From Alphaproteobacteria bacterium (GTDB taxonomy: Bacteria > Pseudomonadota > Alphaproteobacteria > UBA828), in assembly GCA_965220745.1 (NCBI GenBank), contig CBDCQT010000010.1, forward strand, positions 256,001 to 320,000: DNA of 64,000 bases, read 5' to 3'. The position numbers were made by a program, and so were the translations under genes. How positions within the stretch are numbered: the stretch's first letter is position 1; every line of letters starts with the position of its first letter. This document shows positions 50,929 through 61,544 of the stretch, one piece after another. The notes beneath the pieces were generated by a model. The model was not told the origin of the DNA, did no database searches, and saw nothing but the letters and a program-made list of their open reading frames with translations.

Positions 50929-51564
50929 AGTTGCTCACGCGGATCCTTTTGGCTCATCAAGCAAGATGCCGACGATGCAATGCTCCGGCAACCGCGAATT
51001 CCGACCGGTGTCCGTAGCGCTGCCAGTTCAAGCGCTCGCAAAATGAGATCGTTCGTCGAGTCCGTCGGGAATGGACAGGATGCTGCGCACCGGATTCGTC
51101 AACCGCGTTCTTCCATTCGACAGCACGGCATCCTCCGATGTGCAGATCGCCACCGTCCGGCGAGTGACGGACAGACTGATGCGCCGGGAGCTCACTGCAA
51201 GATCGCGGCCATCGCCCGCTCGCGCCACATGGCAGCAATGACGCGCAACGTTCGCGATTTCACGGACGCGAACATTGAGGCGACCGGTCCACAGACGGAA
51301 ACATGAGCGCTACGCTCCGAACGTCAGGGTCTCTGGAACCGCCACCCGCGCCACCGGCCGGGTTCAGTGATAAGTCGCAGGCATCCGGAATCGAGGTGAG
51401 TGCGATGTGACCCAAGAGCACCTTGCGCCAGAAACGTTTCGATTGTGCATTGCGAGGAGGGGCGGCGACCATGTGATTTTCGGTGACCCGTGTTGTTGAA
51501 TCGTATAGGTTCGTTATATCTGTCAAAGAACCGGAAGCCATTGGTGAAGACGGGAGACGATGAT

Positions 51565-52332
51565 ATGGATGTCCGAACTCAAGAACATAGAACAATCACT
51601 TCACCAGAACTCGGCCTACGTAAGGTAATCTCCAATTTACCTCCGATGATGATGGAAGTTCCTATTTCAGCATGGACACTCTCCATGATTGTCGACGTAG
51701 GGACTAACAATCCATACATAGTGGGTACGGCATTTCCAATTGGTAATGGAGTGTTATTGACAGCCAAACACATCCTTAATGAATATTGGAACGCAACAGA
51801 ATCTTTCCATATGGATAGGACTTTGTCTGCATTTCAGATACTACCAGGAAATAGATTTATAACATGGCGCATAACAGGAACGATTGTTCACAAGACTGCT
51901 GATTTGGCAGTTCTGTTTGCCGCGCCCAATGTGGATGGAGAAGAATTCTGGTTTCCGTCTTGGAAGATTTGCAAGAATGAGCCACGTAAAGACGAATGGG
52001 CCGGAGCTTTCGGAAATGTAAAGGGAACATGTCAAATAGTGTCGAGAAATGCAGATGGAGGTGGAATAATTGAAGTTAGAAACAAAGGCCAAGGTAACTT
52101 TGGGGTCATCAACAATGTATATAACGAATATCGCGACCGGATAATGTTGCCATGCCCCTGCTTCGAGATCGGGGTCAGTTTCGGTCCAGGTATGAGCGGT
52201 GGACCCGTATTCAATGAACAAGGCGAGATATGTGGAATTGTTTCTAGTAGCATAGAAGGAAGTTCATCCTCGCATGCTGTGACCCTCTGGCCTTCTCTTT
52301 CGCAGATTTACCAGGGAGCTGTGGAAGCATGA
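51565..52332 (+). CDS. Trypsin-like serine protease, no signal peptide, low GC
   Basis: LTAKH, DLAVL, GMSGGPV catalytic triad motifs. Confidence 0.85.
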   Translation: MDVRTQEHRTITSPELGLRKVISNLPPMMMEVPISAWTLSMIVDVGTNNPYIVGTAFPIGNGVLLTAKHILNEYWNATESFHMDRTLSAFQILPGNRFITWRITGTIVHKTADLAVLFAAPNVDGEEFWFPSWKICKNEPRKDEWAGAFGNVKGTCQIVSRNADGGGIIEVRNKGQGNFGVINNVYNEYRDRIMLPCPCFEIGVSFGPGMSGGPVFNEQGEICGIVSSSIEGSSSSHAVTLWPSLSQIYQGAVEA

Positions 52333-52356
52333 CTGGTTAAATCCAAATTCCTACGG

Positions 52357-52412
52357 ACTTGACGGCGGGTTTCGACGACACTTGACGGCGGTTCCGACGT
52401 TACTTGGCGGGA
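52357..52412. repeat. Three degenerate direct repeats, probable IS21 end repeats
   Basis: ACTTGACGGCGG at 52357 and 52380, ACTTGGCGGG at 52402; downstream of the istB remnant. Confidence 0.45.
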
Positions 52413-52660
52413 TCGTGGCCTTGTCGGCGCGCTGTCTGCTCCGGAACTGGTGCCGGGGGTGGTTGCCTCCCTGGTGTTTTCGTGGGGGCTGGCCGGAGGC
52501 CAGCCCGGAGCAGGCGTAAGCGAGCCTGTTTTGTTCTGCAATGCGTTGCGGGGCACGCTGGCAAGCCCCTTCATCGAGCATGCTGGCGCGCGTACTCCGC
52601 CTGACGGCCGGGGCTCCCTCGATGCGGCTTCCTCCTTCGAGCGGCGGGGGTGTGTTGCGC

Positions 52661-52890
52661 TCTGGCAGGCGATGAGGATGGACTTGCGCGCGTGGCGGGC
52701 CTCGACGATCTCAAGCAGGTCTCGGCGGCCCTCTGCAGAAAAGCCATGGAGGTTCCAGTCGTCGAGGAGGAGCAGGTCGACCCTTGCGAGGCGCTTCATG
52801 AAACGTTCCTGTGTGCCCTTGTCGCGGGCGCGGGCCAGCGCCGCGACCAGTTTGGGGACGCGGCGGTAGAGGACGGAGCGCTTCTGGCGG
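52661..52890 (-). pseudogene. istB: IS21 IstB ATPase fragment
   Basis: LARVDLLLLDDW..RDLLEIVEARH..SILI. Confidence 0.8.
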
Positions 52891-53368
52891 CAGGTCTGGT
52901 GGGCGGAGCGTGCAGGCGACGAATGTCTTATCGGCGCCGGAATGCGCCTTGATCGTCGAACGATCACCGAAACGGGCCCCAATGCTCATCCGTCATGCAG
53001 GTTGCAGAACGTCGTCGCGGCCACCATCTACATTAGGGACCATACGCAGATCAAAGCGCTGCCGGCAGACCGATCGGGTGATGGACATCGACATCGCCGC
53101 AAGCACCATTGAGGCTGCGCTTTGCCAGCTCCCTGAGGCGCTTGTGTAGGGGGAGAAAATCAAAGCGTCTGCCGAGCGCTGCGAGATTGCGCCGAGCACG
53201 GCGCATCGCTGGCGCCGCCGCTTCCTAGCGGCGGATAATCAGGCGCGTGAGTGGCTTGCCGGAATTGTCGAGCAGGCGGCGGAGGCCAGACCACGCCTGC
53301 GAGTTGCAATTTGAGCCTTACAAGGGGCTCAGCAGGCCACGTAAACATAGAGTCGAAAGGAATACACA

Positions 53369-53600
53369 GATGACGTACCAATTGTTTGGTGAAATATTGA
53401 GCACACTCCTTATCGCAGCAGCAGGTTATTTTGTTAAGCAGAAATTCGACATACAGATTGAACGCATTCGATCTGATTTCTCTGAAAAACTTTCCCAGTT
53501 CCGAATTCGAGAAAGTTACCTCCACAGAAGGCGGGTCGAGGCAATTGAAGAGGTATACAATATGGCAATGGATGCCGAACACAGCTTGCAATTTTTTGGG
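53369..53600 (+). pseudogene. Truncated low-GC membrane-anchored hypothetical gene
   Basis: N-terminal TM then coiled coil; abrupt switch to high-GC sequence at the T6G7 run near 53593. Confidence 0.4.
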
Positions 53601-53639
53601 GGGGTGCGCCGGGGCTTCACCTCGCCACCCTCCGTTCGA

Positions 53640-54028
53640 GGGCCTCGCGTTCCGCTTTCAGCCATGCGCGGTGCCTTCCCGAGCCAGGCGCGGACCGCCA
53701 TCACGCCGGCGTCTGCGTCCGCACGGTCCAGCACGCGCTCGGCAAGCTCCAGGAGCTCGGGCTGATCGTGTGCACGGGCGGCATGCGCTCCCGGCGCGGC
53801 CGGCTGGTCGCCGTCTGGCGCATCGTGCTGGCCCGGCTAAAAGCGGACATGGTGTCCGGTCTAAGAGTCAAACCAACAAAGAAACAACAGGCTCGGCAAG
53901 GAAAGAGCGCGCCGCAGGCAGCCTGGGACGCGCTCTCGGCGCAGTACGGGTGGGCAACGCTTATGTCGTGGTCTTCGGGGGCGATTGAAGCCGCTCTCGC
54001 ACGTCGCGAGGGACTTGAGCGTCTATAG
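53640..54028 (+). pseudogene. Frameshifted HTH_36-type (phage/satellite replication) protein
   Basis: AFPSQARTA in one frame, AGVCVRTVQHALGKLQELGLI in the next. Confidence 0.55.
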
Positions 54029-54257
54029 CATCGGCCAGAACAAGCCTCGCCCACTCGCTTCGGCTCCGCTGAAACAAGCCGCCTTTCCTGGCGTGGTCGA
54101 TACACGCCAACATCGTCGGGCTGACGCGCACCAACAGAGTTTCCGACAGGGCTGCGCCGGGCGCGGGCGACGCCTTCGCCTCAAGAGCTTCGCGCTCCGC
54201 TGCCAGCTTGGCGCGGCGCCGCTTGAAATAGTCGCCGCGATCACGTTTCTTGGTCAT
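53961..54257 (-). CDS. Small basic RHH-like DNA-binding protein
   Basis: LLVRVSPTMLACIDHAR..SRSEWARLVL. Confidence 0.5.
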   Translation of the reverse strand: MTKKRDRGDYFKRRRAKLAAEREALEAKASPAPGAALSETLLVRVSPTMLACIDHARKGGLFQRSRSEWARLVLADAIDAQVPRDVRERLQSPPKTTT

Positions 54258-54265
54258 TTTGTTTC

Positions 54266-54928
54266 TCAGAACATTCTAAAGCCGTCATTATGACAAAGCT
54301 CTAAATCATGTTCGATTAGCCTCCACAATACCTCTTCATTATCGCTGCCAGGACCATCGTATACCCTGCGTAACTTAGAATCTCTGATCCGTTTCGCATT
54401 TTTGAGTTTTTGTCGTATTGGCAGAAGTTTTGCTGACTTGATATTCTTTAGTTTCGTAAAAGCATCCTCGAATCGGTCATGGCAAGCCGCGCTTTCTTTG
54501 CGGCCTTTCTCGTAGCAGCGATACATCTCATTGGCTTTGTTCGCAGCGTCCAGTTCACAATTACCGGAAGACGATCCATATCTCTCCCGTACCTTCTCCC
54601 AATCGTTACATCCAAGAGTTTCCTTCAAATCCTTTAGAGCCCTGTCGCGTTTCTCCAGACAGTTACCTTTATCCTTCCATGCTCTTCTGCTACAGTTATT
54701 CCTTTCCTCCTCGGCTTTGTTGAGTTGCGCATTTGCCTCTCTCTGGATGGGTCGGTGTTTTTCTTCAATAGTCTTTACGTCTTGCCTATACTCGGCCATG
54801 ATTTCCATATAAGATATGCAAGTATCGTCAGATTGAGAATGTGATGTATCGGCAAATCCAATGCATACTAAAAGGGTTATTCCATACAAATAGAGTTTCG
54901 TCCATCGATTACCTTTGGGAAAGGTCAT
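54266..54928 (-). CDS. Low-GC secreted helical Cys-containing hypothetical protein
   Basis: Signal-like LYGITLLVCIGFA; Lys/Glu coiled coils with spaced Cys. Confidence 0.6.
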   Translation of the reverse strand: MTFPKGNRWTKLYLYGITLLVCIGFADTSHSQSDDTCISYMEIMAEYRQDVKTIEEKHRPIQREANAQLNKAEEERNNCSRRAWKDKGNCLEKRDRALKDLKETLGCNDWEKVRERYGSSSGNCELDAANKANEMYRCYEKGRKESAACHDRFEDAFTKLKNIKSAKLLPIRQKLKNAKRIRDSKLRRVYDGPGSDNEEVLWRLIEHDLELCHNDGFRMF

Positions 54929-55449
54929 GCTGCTCCTCCATCCTCGCGCCGGCATTAGAAATAGAAAAACCCGAAACCCGGTTCCTCCGATTCCTGCTCT
55001 TCCTCCGAGTAAAGCTCCGCTTGCACGTAAAGCATCGCCATCAGTACCATCCTTTGCGCTGCCGGCTTGCCATATTCGGACGCACTGCGCTTGTTCAGCT
55101 ATGAGGCTGTGTGCTGCGAAATGCAGACAGTCTTCCATCGTCTCTCGTTGCTCGATTGGCGCGTTATCCACAATCCGCTACACGTACCAGATGTGTCCTC
55201 CAGCGCTCACGCTTGGCTATCCCACACCTCGCTATTGACGCCATCTGCGAGCTTCGCGATCAGGCCGGCAAGGCTGAGGTCGAGAATGGCGGCAAGCTGC
55301 ATCGTCTCGCCAGGGGTGAGTTCAACGCCGCGCTCTTCGTTGCGAGCGCGGCGTATCTCTTCGATGATCTTGTGCGAGGACATGTCATGCTCTTCGATTA
55401 CGTTGACAATGCGCACGTGATACATCAATGCCGCACCAGGATCAATCAA

Positions 55450-56247
55450 GAGTCGCTCGATTACATGCGCGACGCTGCCGAACGGGCGCGAGGATCGTCC
55501 GGCAACGAAATGCATTTCCGGCAGTACGACCTCATTCAGCCGGTCGATGCAGAGAAACAGGTGATCGTCCAGGTGCGCGACTACCGACAGTGCATCGTCG
55601 AGAACGCGCCGGAGCTCGCCAGCGATATCGTGGTCGGTATCGACCTAGGCGGCAGCGTCAGCATGACGTGCGTCGCGGCCTACAGCCTTGCAACCAAGCG
55701 CCTGAAGACATGGGGCGCCTTCGGCGACGATCCGCCGCTCTCGGTAAGGGCGAAGGCGGACCGCAGGGGGAGCCTCTATGACAGGATCGTGCGCGAAGGT
55801 GAACTACGCACGTGCCCGAGCCGCATCACGCCTGTCATACCGTTCCTCAAGGACGCTTTAGCGGAGCTCGGCGCCGTGGGCAGGATCACCGCGATCGGTG
55901 CTGACAGGCACCGGCGCGCGGAAGCGGAACAGGCGTTTTCGGAGGCGGGGTTGCCGCGCATTGCTGTCATGTGGCGCGGCCAGGGCGCCAGCGCCACGGC
56001 GGACGGAAGCCATGATGTGCGCGCCTTCCAGCGCATGATCTTCGATCACCGGATGGTCACGCGGGGCAGCACCATGCTCGAAAGCGCGGTCGCGTCATCC
56101 GTGCTGCGCTTCGACGGCGCCGGCAACCCGGCGCTCGACAAGGCCGCGAACAACACGCGGATCGATGCGCTCTCGGCTTCCGTGGTCGCGGCCGGCCTGG
56201 CGGAGCTCGTCAGGCCGGCGCCGCTGCTACAGGTGCACGTGCTATGA
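55450..56247 (+). pseudogene. Phage terminase large subunit, C-terminal nuclease part only
   Basis: VVGIDLGGS, GADRHR, WRGQG, DGAGN, RIDALSA; ATPase half absent. Confidence 0.7.
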
Positions 56248-56555
56248 GCCGCCATCACCGACACCGCGAGCGCGGCTACGTCCCTCCCTTCCTGCGTCTC
56301 TGTGTGCTCGATCGGGCGGACTATGCCTGCGAAAGCTGCGGCACGCGCGGCCGGAAGCTCGAAAGCGATCACATCATCCCGGTCGCGGACGGCGGCGAAA
56401 CGACCATGGAGAACCTGCAAGCGCTCTGCCGGGATTGCCACCTGGCGAAGACGCGGCGGGAAAGCGGCACGTCGGAAGCGACTATCGAGTGGACGCAGTT
56501 CGCCAACCGGAGCGATTTCGAGCGCAGGAAGGACCGGCGCCGTGCCTCCGTATGA
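56244..56555 (+). CDS. HNH endonuclease (phage packaging-associated type)
   Basis: CESCG..DHIIP..GG..NLQALCRDCH..KT; ATGA overlap with the terminase fragment. Confidence 0.88.
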   Translation: MSRHHRHRERGYVPPFLRLCVLDRADYACESCGTRGRKLESDHIIPVADGGETTMENLQALCRDCHLAKTRRESGTSEATIEWTQFANRSDFERRKDRRRASV

Positions 56556-57341
56556 TCGCGTGATCCGCTATCTGCCGATCAACCGGACGCCGACGCTGCC
56601 GATCACCGTTGACGGCTCAAGCGACGGGCTGTCGCTCGTCACGCGCCGCAACCCGACGCTCGGCAATGTCTCGTAAATTGTGCTACAAAAGGACGGCATC
56701 GACGTGACCAGCGGAACGCTCGCGGGATGATCGGCGCGGGGAGCGTCGTGAAGATCGATCAGGGTATCTACGAGCTCGCGGAAGCGATCGATTTTCAGGT
56801 GCTTGCCGCCGCCGCCCGGCCGATCAGTTCCCACTCCGCATCGGTAGCCATGACCGCGCGCTAGCGCCGTCCGCCGGCATCCTCCCTCATCGTGGCAAGC
56901 CGCCCGTAGGGACCTGCATCGATAGGGACACGCGGCCACTCATTGATGCACACTATATCACTTAAATCCTATGGTATTCCTCGCATCTGAGTATATGTGC
57001 CGCCATTGTGTCCTCGCAGAGCGATTCCCATCCAACACTGAAGCCATACCAGTGCTAAACGGCGGTGGCATGTCTAATACGAGAGGCTTGCCGCCGCGCC
57101 CATCAATCACCTTGCGCGGCCAAGGGCCCTCGCTTACGCTCTGCTCGGGCTGGCCAACGGCCAGCCCCCGGACATCACCAACGGAGGGGCACCACCGCCA
57201 CATCCGGGCGATGAAGCTGGCCCAGCATGTGCCCGCAGCGCGGTCAAGTGTTCCCGGAGTCTGTGAAACCTCATCAGACATGCCAAGTGTAATCGAAGCG
57301 GAGAGAATTGGATCAGCCACGGCACTCCAAGAAGACAGTAG

Positions 57342-57725
57342 ATGACACAGCAGTTGACATTTGTTGAAGTAGAAAGGCATGTCGTGCGCGTCGCTGACGT
57401 TGTACGCGTGTCCGCCGAGCACATCACAACCAGAGCAGAGACTGATGAAGTTTTCCACCATAAGGATGAGGAAGAACAAAAGGAGCGCGCGTACCAGAGA
57501 GGAAGCGGAAGTTGGCTTGAACTGGTAAAGCGTAATACAGTCAATCTCGATCCCCTTTACGATCCTGATGATGATCTATTTGGCTCCAAAGGTAATATTA
57601 TTGAAACAACTTATCGCGTAACTCTCCGCACCCAATGGGTTGTGGTACTTTGCAGAGGTCGCCCCGTCATATTGCATAAACGCTCTTCCTACAACAAACT
57701 GATGAATGCCATGGGAGTAGACTAG
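57342..57725 (+). CDS. Hypothetical protein, low GC
   Basis: 127-aa ORF upstream of the GIY-YIG gene. Confidence 0.4.
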   Translation: MTQQLTFVEVERHVVRVADVVRVSAEHITTRAETDEVFHHKDEEEQKERAYQRGSGSWLELVKRNTVNLDPLYDPDDDLFGSKGNIIETTYRVTLRTQWVVVLCRGRPVILHKRSSYNKLMNAMGVD

Positions 57726-57745
57726 GCCCTGCGCCCATACATTAA

Positions 57746-58366
57746 TTGTCGGGAGGACCAAGTAATGACCTTAGCTTCTACATTGCGAGAGCACGACGAC
57801 GAAGTGCTACGATCTATAACCTACTATTTGTTCCTCTAAATAGAAGGAGTTATTGTCTTCAGGCCGATAAGAAGTCAGCTCGACGTGTCGAGTCTTGCGA
57901 TATTATCGAGAGGTGTAAAGTGTTGAAACTCCGTTTAATCAAGAACGACGTTGAATGCAATAGCCTGTTGAGTCATGGCGTCTACGTTTTTCAATGCAAG
58001 GAAACCAAGGAAATTCTCTATATCGGAAGCGCCTATAAGCAACCCCTAGCAAAGCGGTTTTCTCAGCATTTTGACTCAGGGGATACCGGCGCGACTTTTT
58101 ACCGAAATTGGAAAAAGGATAACCCTTCGAAGTGTTTTGATGAATTTGAGGGCGTTCTTAGAAAATGCAGAATTAAGATTATTTGTGTTGATGACGCCTG
58201 TGATGTGGCTGAAACTGTCTGTGAACTCGAGCATGCCTTACTAAGAAAACTGGATGCGAAATACAACAGGAAGAAACCGAAGTGTACTCGAAAAACGATA
58301 CCCGATGAATGCCTAAGGGAGATTGCCGACTACATTACGAATTGTACAGACATGGTAATAGCCTGA
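57746..58366 (+). CDS. GIY-YIG nuclease family protein (true start probably near 57920)
   Basis: GVYVF..LYIGSA..LAKRFSQH..ELEHALL..KYN. Confidence 0.78.
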   Translation: MSGGPSNDLSFYIARARRRSATIYNLLFVPLNRRSYCLQADKKSARRVESCDIIERCKVLKLRLIKNDVECNSLLSHGVYVFQCKETKEILYIGSAYKQPLAKRFSQHFDSGDTGATFYRNWKKDNPSKCFDEFEGVLRKCRIKIICVDDACDVAETVCELEHALLRKLDAKYNRKKPKCTRKTIPDECLREIADYITNCTDMVIA

Positions 58367-58415
58367 CAGTTGCCGCTCTAGGCAGAGTGGTGGATCAGGC
58401 GGCCTTCAGGGCGGC

Positions 58416-58904
58416 TTGGGTAGGTTAGAAGTACAGGCGCCCGTCTCCGGTGTGGTATTCGGTCTGGCGGTGTTCGCACCGGGGGAGGTGGTGCGGCCGG
58501 GCGAGCCGATCCTGAAGATCGTCCCGGAAGATGCCGGGCTCGTGGTGATTGCACGGGTCGACATGATCGATGTGGACCAGGTGTGGCCGGAGCAGGAGGC
58601 AATGCTGCGGTTCTCGGCGTTTCCGGCGCGGGAGACGCCGGAGATAGCCGGTCACGTGGTCCGGGTGTCGGCGGACGCGGTGCGCGACGGCGAGACCGGC
58701 CTCTTCTGGTACGAGGTCGAGCTCGCCATGGACCGGCCGGCTGGCTCCGGCGGGGAGGCGCAGCCAAGCCGCTCGTTCGGCAGTCTGGAGGTGACGCCCG
58801 GCACGCCAGTGGAGGTGCTCATCCGGACAGAGGAGCGATCGGTTGTGAGCTAACTGTTGGAGCCGGCGACGGACTCTTTCCAGCGCTCGCTGCGCGAGGA
58901 GTGA
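58416..58904 (+). pseudogene. HlyD-type (T1SS membrane fusion protein) 3' fragment with internal stop
   Basis: APVSGVV, GEVVRPGEPILKIVP, RVSAD, PGTPVEVLIRT..S*LLEP..LREE. Confidence 0.8.
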
Positions 58905-59363
58905 GCGGGGACTGCGCGGAATGTACAGCTCCGCTGGCGACACCATCGAGATCCCGCTGGTCAACGACCTGCGCGAGATCGCTGGCGTGGCGGCGCACAG
59001 GCCGACGAGTTCTGTTCGGCCCGGGAGATTGCTCCGGAGATGGCCTACCCGGTCAATCTTTCGATCGACGAGTTGCTGAGCAATACCATCGGCTTCGACG
59101 ATGACGAGACCCACCGTATCGCGGTCGTCGTGCGGCTGGAGCAGGAGGCGCTTGTCGTCGTGATCGTCGACAACGGCGCGGCGTTCGATCCGACGCGGAT
59201 GTCCGAACCGGATATCGAGGCGCCGCTCAAGGATCGCGACCTGGGCGGCCCCAGCCTGCTGCTCGTCAACCGGACGATGGACCGCGTCGTCGACTACTAC
59301 CGGCGGGCCGGCTGCAATGTCGTCACCCAGACCAAGAACGCGGCCGCGGTGTCGAAGGCATGA
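58901..59363 (+). pseudogene. RsbW-like anti-sigma factor ATPase, frameshifted
   Basis: NLSIDELLSN, DNGAAFDP, GGPSL (degenerate GGLG); N-terminus in a different frame. Confidence 0.7.
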
Positions 59364-59415
59364 CGCCGCCGACGCGGCATCAATACGCGGTCTTCCCGCA
59401 CTGGAGCAATGGATC

Positions 59416-60295
59416 ATGGACATCTGCATCACACATCTGCATCACACGCACGCGCTGCTGCAGGAAGGCCCCCGCTCGGGTCCGGTCAGGGTCGGCTGGC
59501 TGCTCAACCAAGCGCGCGGCGGCATGATTTACCAGTCGCCCTCGCGGGTCCGCTCGGCGGAGTTGAACAGGCGCCACGCCAAGTCGGCCTCGTGCTGCCC
59601 GGCGATTCTGGGACTCGAGAACCGGTAATTCGAGGTGGAATGCCCCTTAGACCTGCACCTCGCCTTCGCTCGCGACAAGGACGGCAAGCCGAGACTCTAC
59701 AATGTCCTAGTGTATTGACCGAGAAGTTCGTTGCATAAAATGTCAGGAATTTGTAGGTGTAATCAATATGTTGGGTGTTCGCGAAACTCAGGATCGGGAC
59801 ACTAGGCGCGAAGCCACCGGTGCGCGCGAACAATCTCGCCGCGCCCTTAACGCCACCGGCGAGGCGGAATGGCGCTATCCGGACCACCCGACGATCCAGA
59901 TCAGCCTACCCTACGTGTTCGTTGCCGACGAGCCCGTCTACCTCTCGCAGGTCGCGCCGATCATGCACTACCGTGCCGAGCCGTGGCCCGGCACGATCTT
60001 CGGGGGCCGGTTCCCCATCGACGTCTGGCCGCGGCCGCTGCTGTGGGCCTTCGAGTGGCACGATGTCGAGAGGGAGCTGAAGATCGCCCGCGCCGCGCCG
60101 CTCTTCTACTGCTAGTTCGAGACCCTGCATCAGGACCGCCCGATCCAGTTCGTGGAAGCCGAGCGCACGCCGGTGCTGACGGAGCATCTGGAGCACATTT
60201 CCGGGGCGATGGAATTCGTGAACCAGAGTTTCTCGCTGTTCAGGACGGCGGAAGAACGTCGCCCCATGGCGCTTATAGTTTCCAGAAAGCACTGA
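59416..60295 (+). pseudogene. Disrupted hypothetical gene (premature stops, frameshifts, MITE insertion)
   Basis: Coding-like segments HAKSASCCPA..FEVECPLDL..EWRYPDHPTIQ..GGRFPIDVWPRPLLWAFEW broken by TAA/TAG. Confidence 0.6.
59707..59805. mobile_element. 91-bp MITE-like insertion flanked by a CTAG duplication
   Basis: CTAG|TGT..ACA|CTAG, AT-rich interior within a GC-rich gene. Confidence 0.7.
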
Positions 60296-60380
60296 ACGGA
60301 GCCGGCTGAACCAGGGAATTTCATTGCCTGTGTATATGGCTCTGAAAGTGAGACGCGGGATGGCCTCACTGTATGGTGGC

Positions 60381-61541
60381 TCATTCCCGCTCTCTGGCCA
60401 CACCGCAATGCAGTTCCCGCGCGATAGCGGCGCCGATGCGTTCCGCCGCCGCCTCGGTCTCCCGGTCTCCGACGTGAGCGTAGCGCAGCGTCATGCTCGG
60501 GCGCTTGTGGCCCAGCAGGCGGGAGACAACCGGTAGCGGGACGCCCTGCAGCACGGCGTGGCTGGCGAACGTATGTCGAAGGTCATGAAGGCGCACATCC
60601 TCAATGCCGGCTTCCTTGCGCGCCAAGCGCCAGAGCGGCAGGTGATGCGAGAGGGGCCGTTCGGGACTCCTTGGCGCGGGGAAGACGTAGACGCTCTCCG
60701 ACCGCGGCTGCCCCTCCAGGACGGCGCGCGCCTGCGCATTCAGAAAGACCCTCCGCGGACCAGTTTTGGCATCCGTCAGATTGAGCGTGTCACCGTCCAC
60801 GTCCTGCCAGCGCAGGGTCAGGATCTCGCTCTTGCGGCAGCCGGTCAGCAGCAGAAGGCGGATTGCGTCCGCCTGCCGCGCGCGCGCCGGCCGCGCGCCG
60901 GTGAGACGATCCAGCGCGCCATGAAGCCGGCCGACTTCATCGCGCGAGAGGAAGCGGGTGAGCTTCGGGCGGGGGTTCCACTTGATGCCGTGCGCGGGGT
61001 TCGTCCGGATATGGCCGCAGACAATCGCATGGTTCAGGACCCGGCAGAGCAGGTTCAACGCCCTGTTGGCCGCGCCCGGTGCGGTCCGGCTGCACTCGTC
61101 GAACCAGCTGGTCACGCCGGCCCGGTCGATCCGGTCCAGCGGCACCGGGCCGAAGGCCGGAAGCAGGCGCCTTGCGACGGCCCTGGCCTGTGCCTTTCTC
61201 GTGGACGGCTTGCCCCGGTCGAAACACGCCTTGCCCGGACCCACGGCGAACTCCCCGAACGTCGGGACCGCTCTGCCTTCCGGCCTGCCGGACCGCGCCC
61301 CGGTCTCGATGGCGAGGCACCCGGCGCGTGCTTCGTCGACGCTCATCAGCGCCGCGGGTCCCAGAGTGATCCTGCGTGCATCGCCCTCGCCCTTCCGGCG
61401 ATACACGAAGCTTCGGTGTCCCGAAGGCCGCACCCGCACACCGAGACCCGCATGACAGGTGTCCCAAACCGTGTACTCGCGTGCGGTCGGTGCCAGCTTG
61501 CCGACGCTGACGTCGGTCAGACGCCGCCTCTTCGCGGCCAT
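60381..61541 (-). CDS. Tyrosine recombinase B of a tandem pair
   Basis: Arm-binding N-terminus (VWD..GLGVRV.PSG); TGCRKSEI, AKTG, HDLRH, LLGH, RY. Confidence 0.93.
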   Translation of the reverse strand: MAAKRRRLTDVSVGKLAPTAREYTVWDTCHAGLGVRVRPSGHRSFVYRRKGEGDARRITLGPAALMSVDEARAGCLAIETGARSGRPEGRAVPTFGEFAVGPGKACFDRGKPSTRKAQARAVARRLLPAFGPVPLDRIDRAGVTSWFDECSRTAPGAANRALNLLCRVLNHAIVCGHIRTNPAHGIKWNPRPKLTRFLSRDEVGRLHGALDRLTGARPARARQADAIRLLLLTGCRKSEILTLRWQDVDGDTLNLTDAKTGPRRVFLNAQARAVLEGQPRSESVYVFPAPRSPERPLSHHLPLWRLARKEAGIEDVRLHDLRHTFASHAVLQGVPLPVVSRLLGHKRPSMTLRYAHVGDRETEAAAERIGAAIARELHCGVARERE

Positions 61542-61544
61542 GTC

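Noticed and set aside
52357-52412. Mini CRISPR array
   Set aside because: Period only 22-23 bp, degenerate, no cas genes; position fits IS21 end repeats
55111-55450. N-terminal part of the 378-aa ORF as part of the terminase
   Set aside because: No terminase ATPase motifs; probably read-through of unrelated sequence that holds a small minus-strand ORF
60585-60596. ATGAAGG inside recombinase B resembling the att core
   Set aside because: Only 7 contiguous bases match, dictated by the RLHD codons
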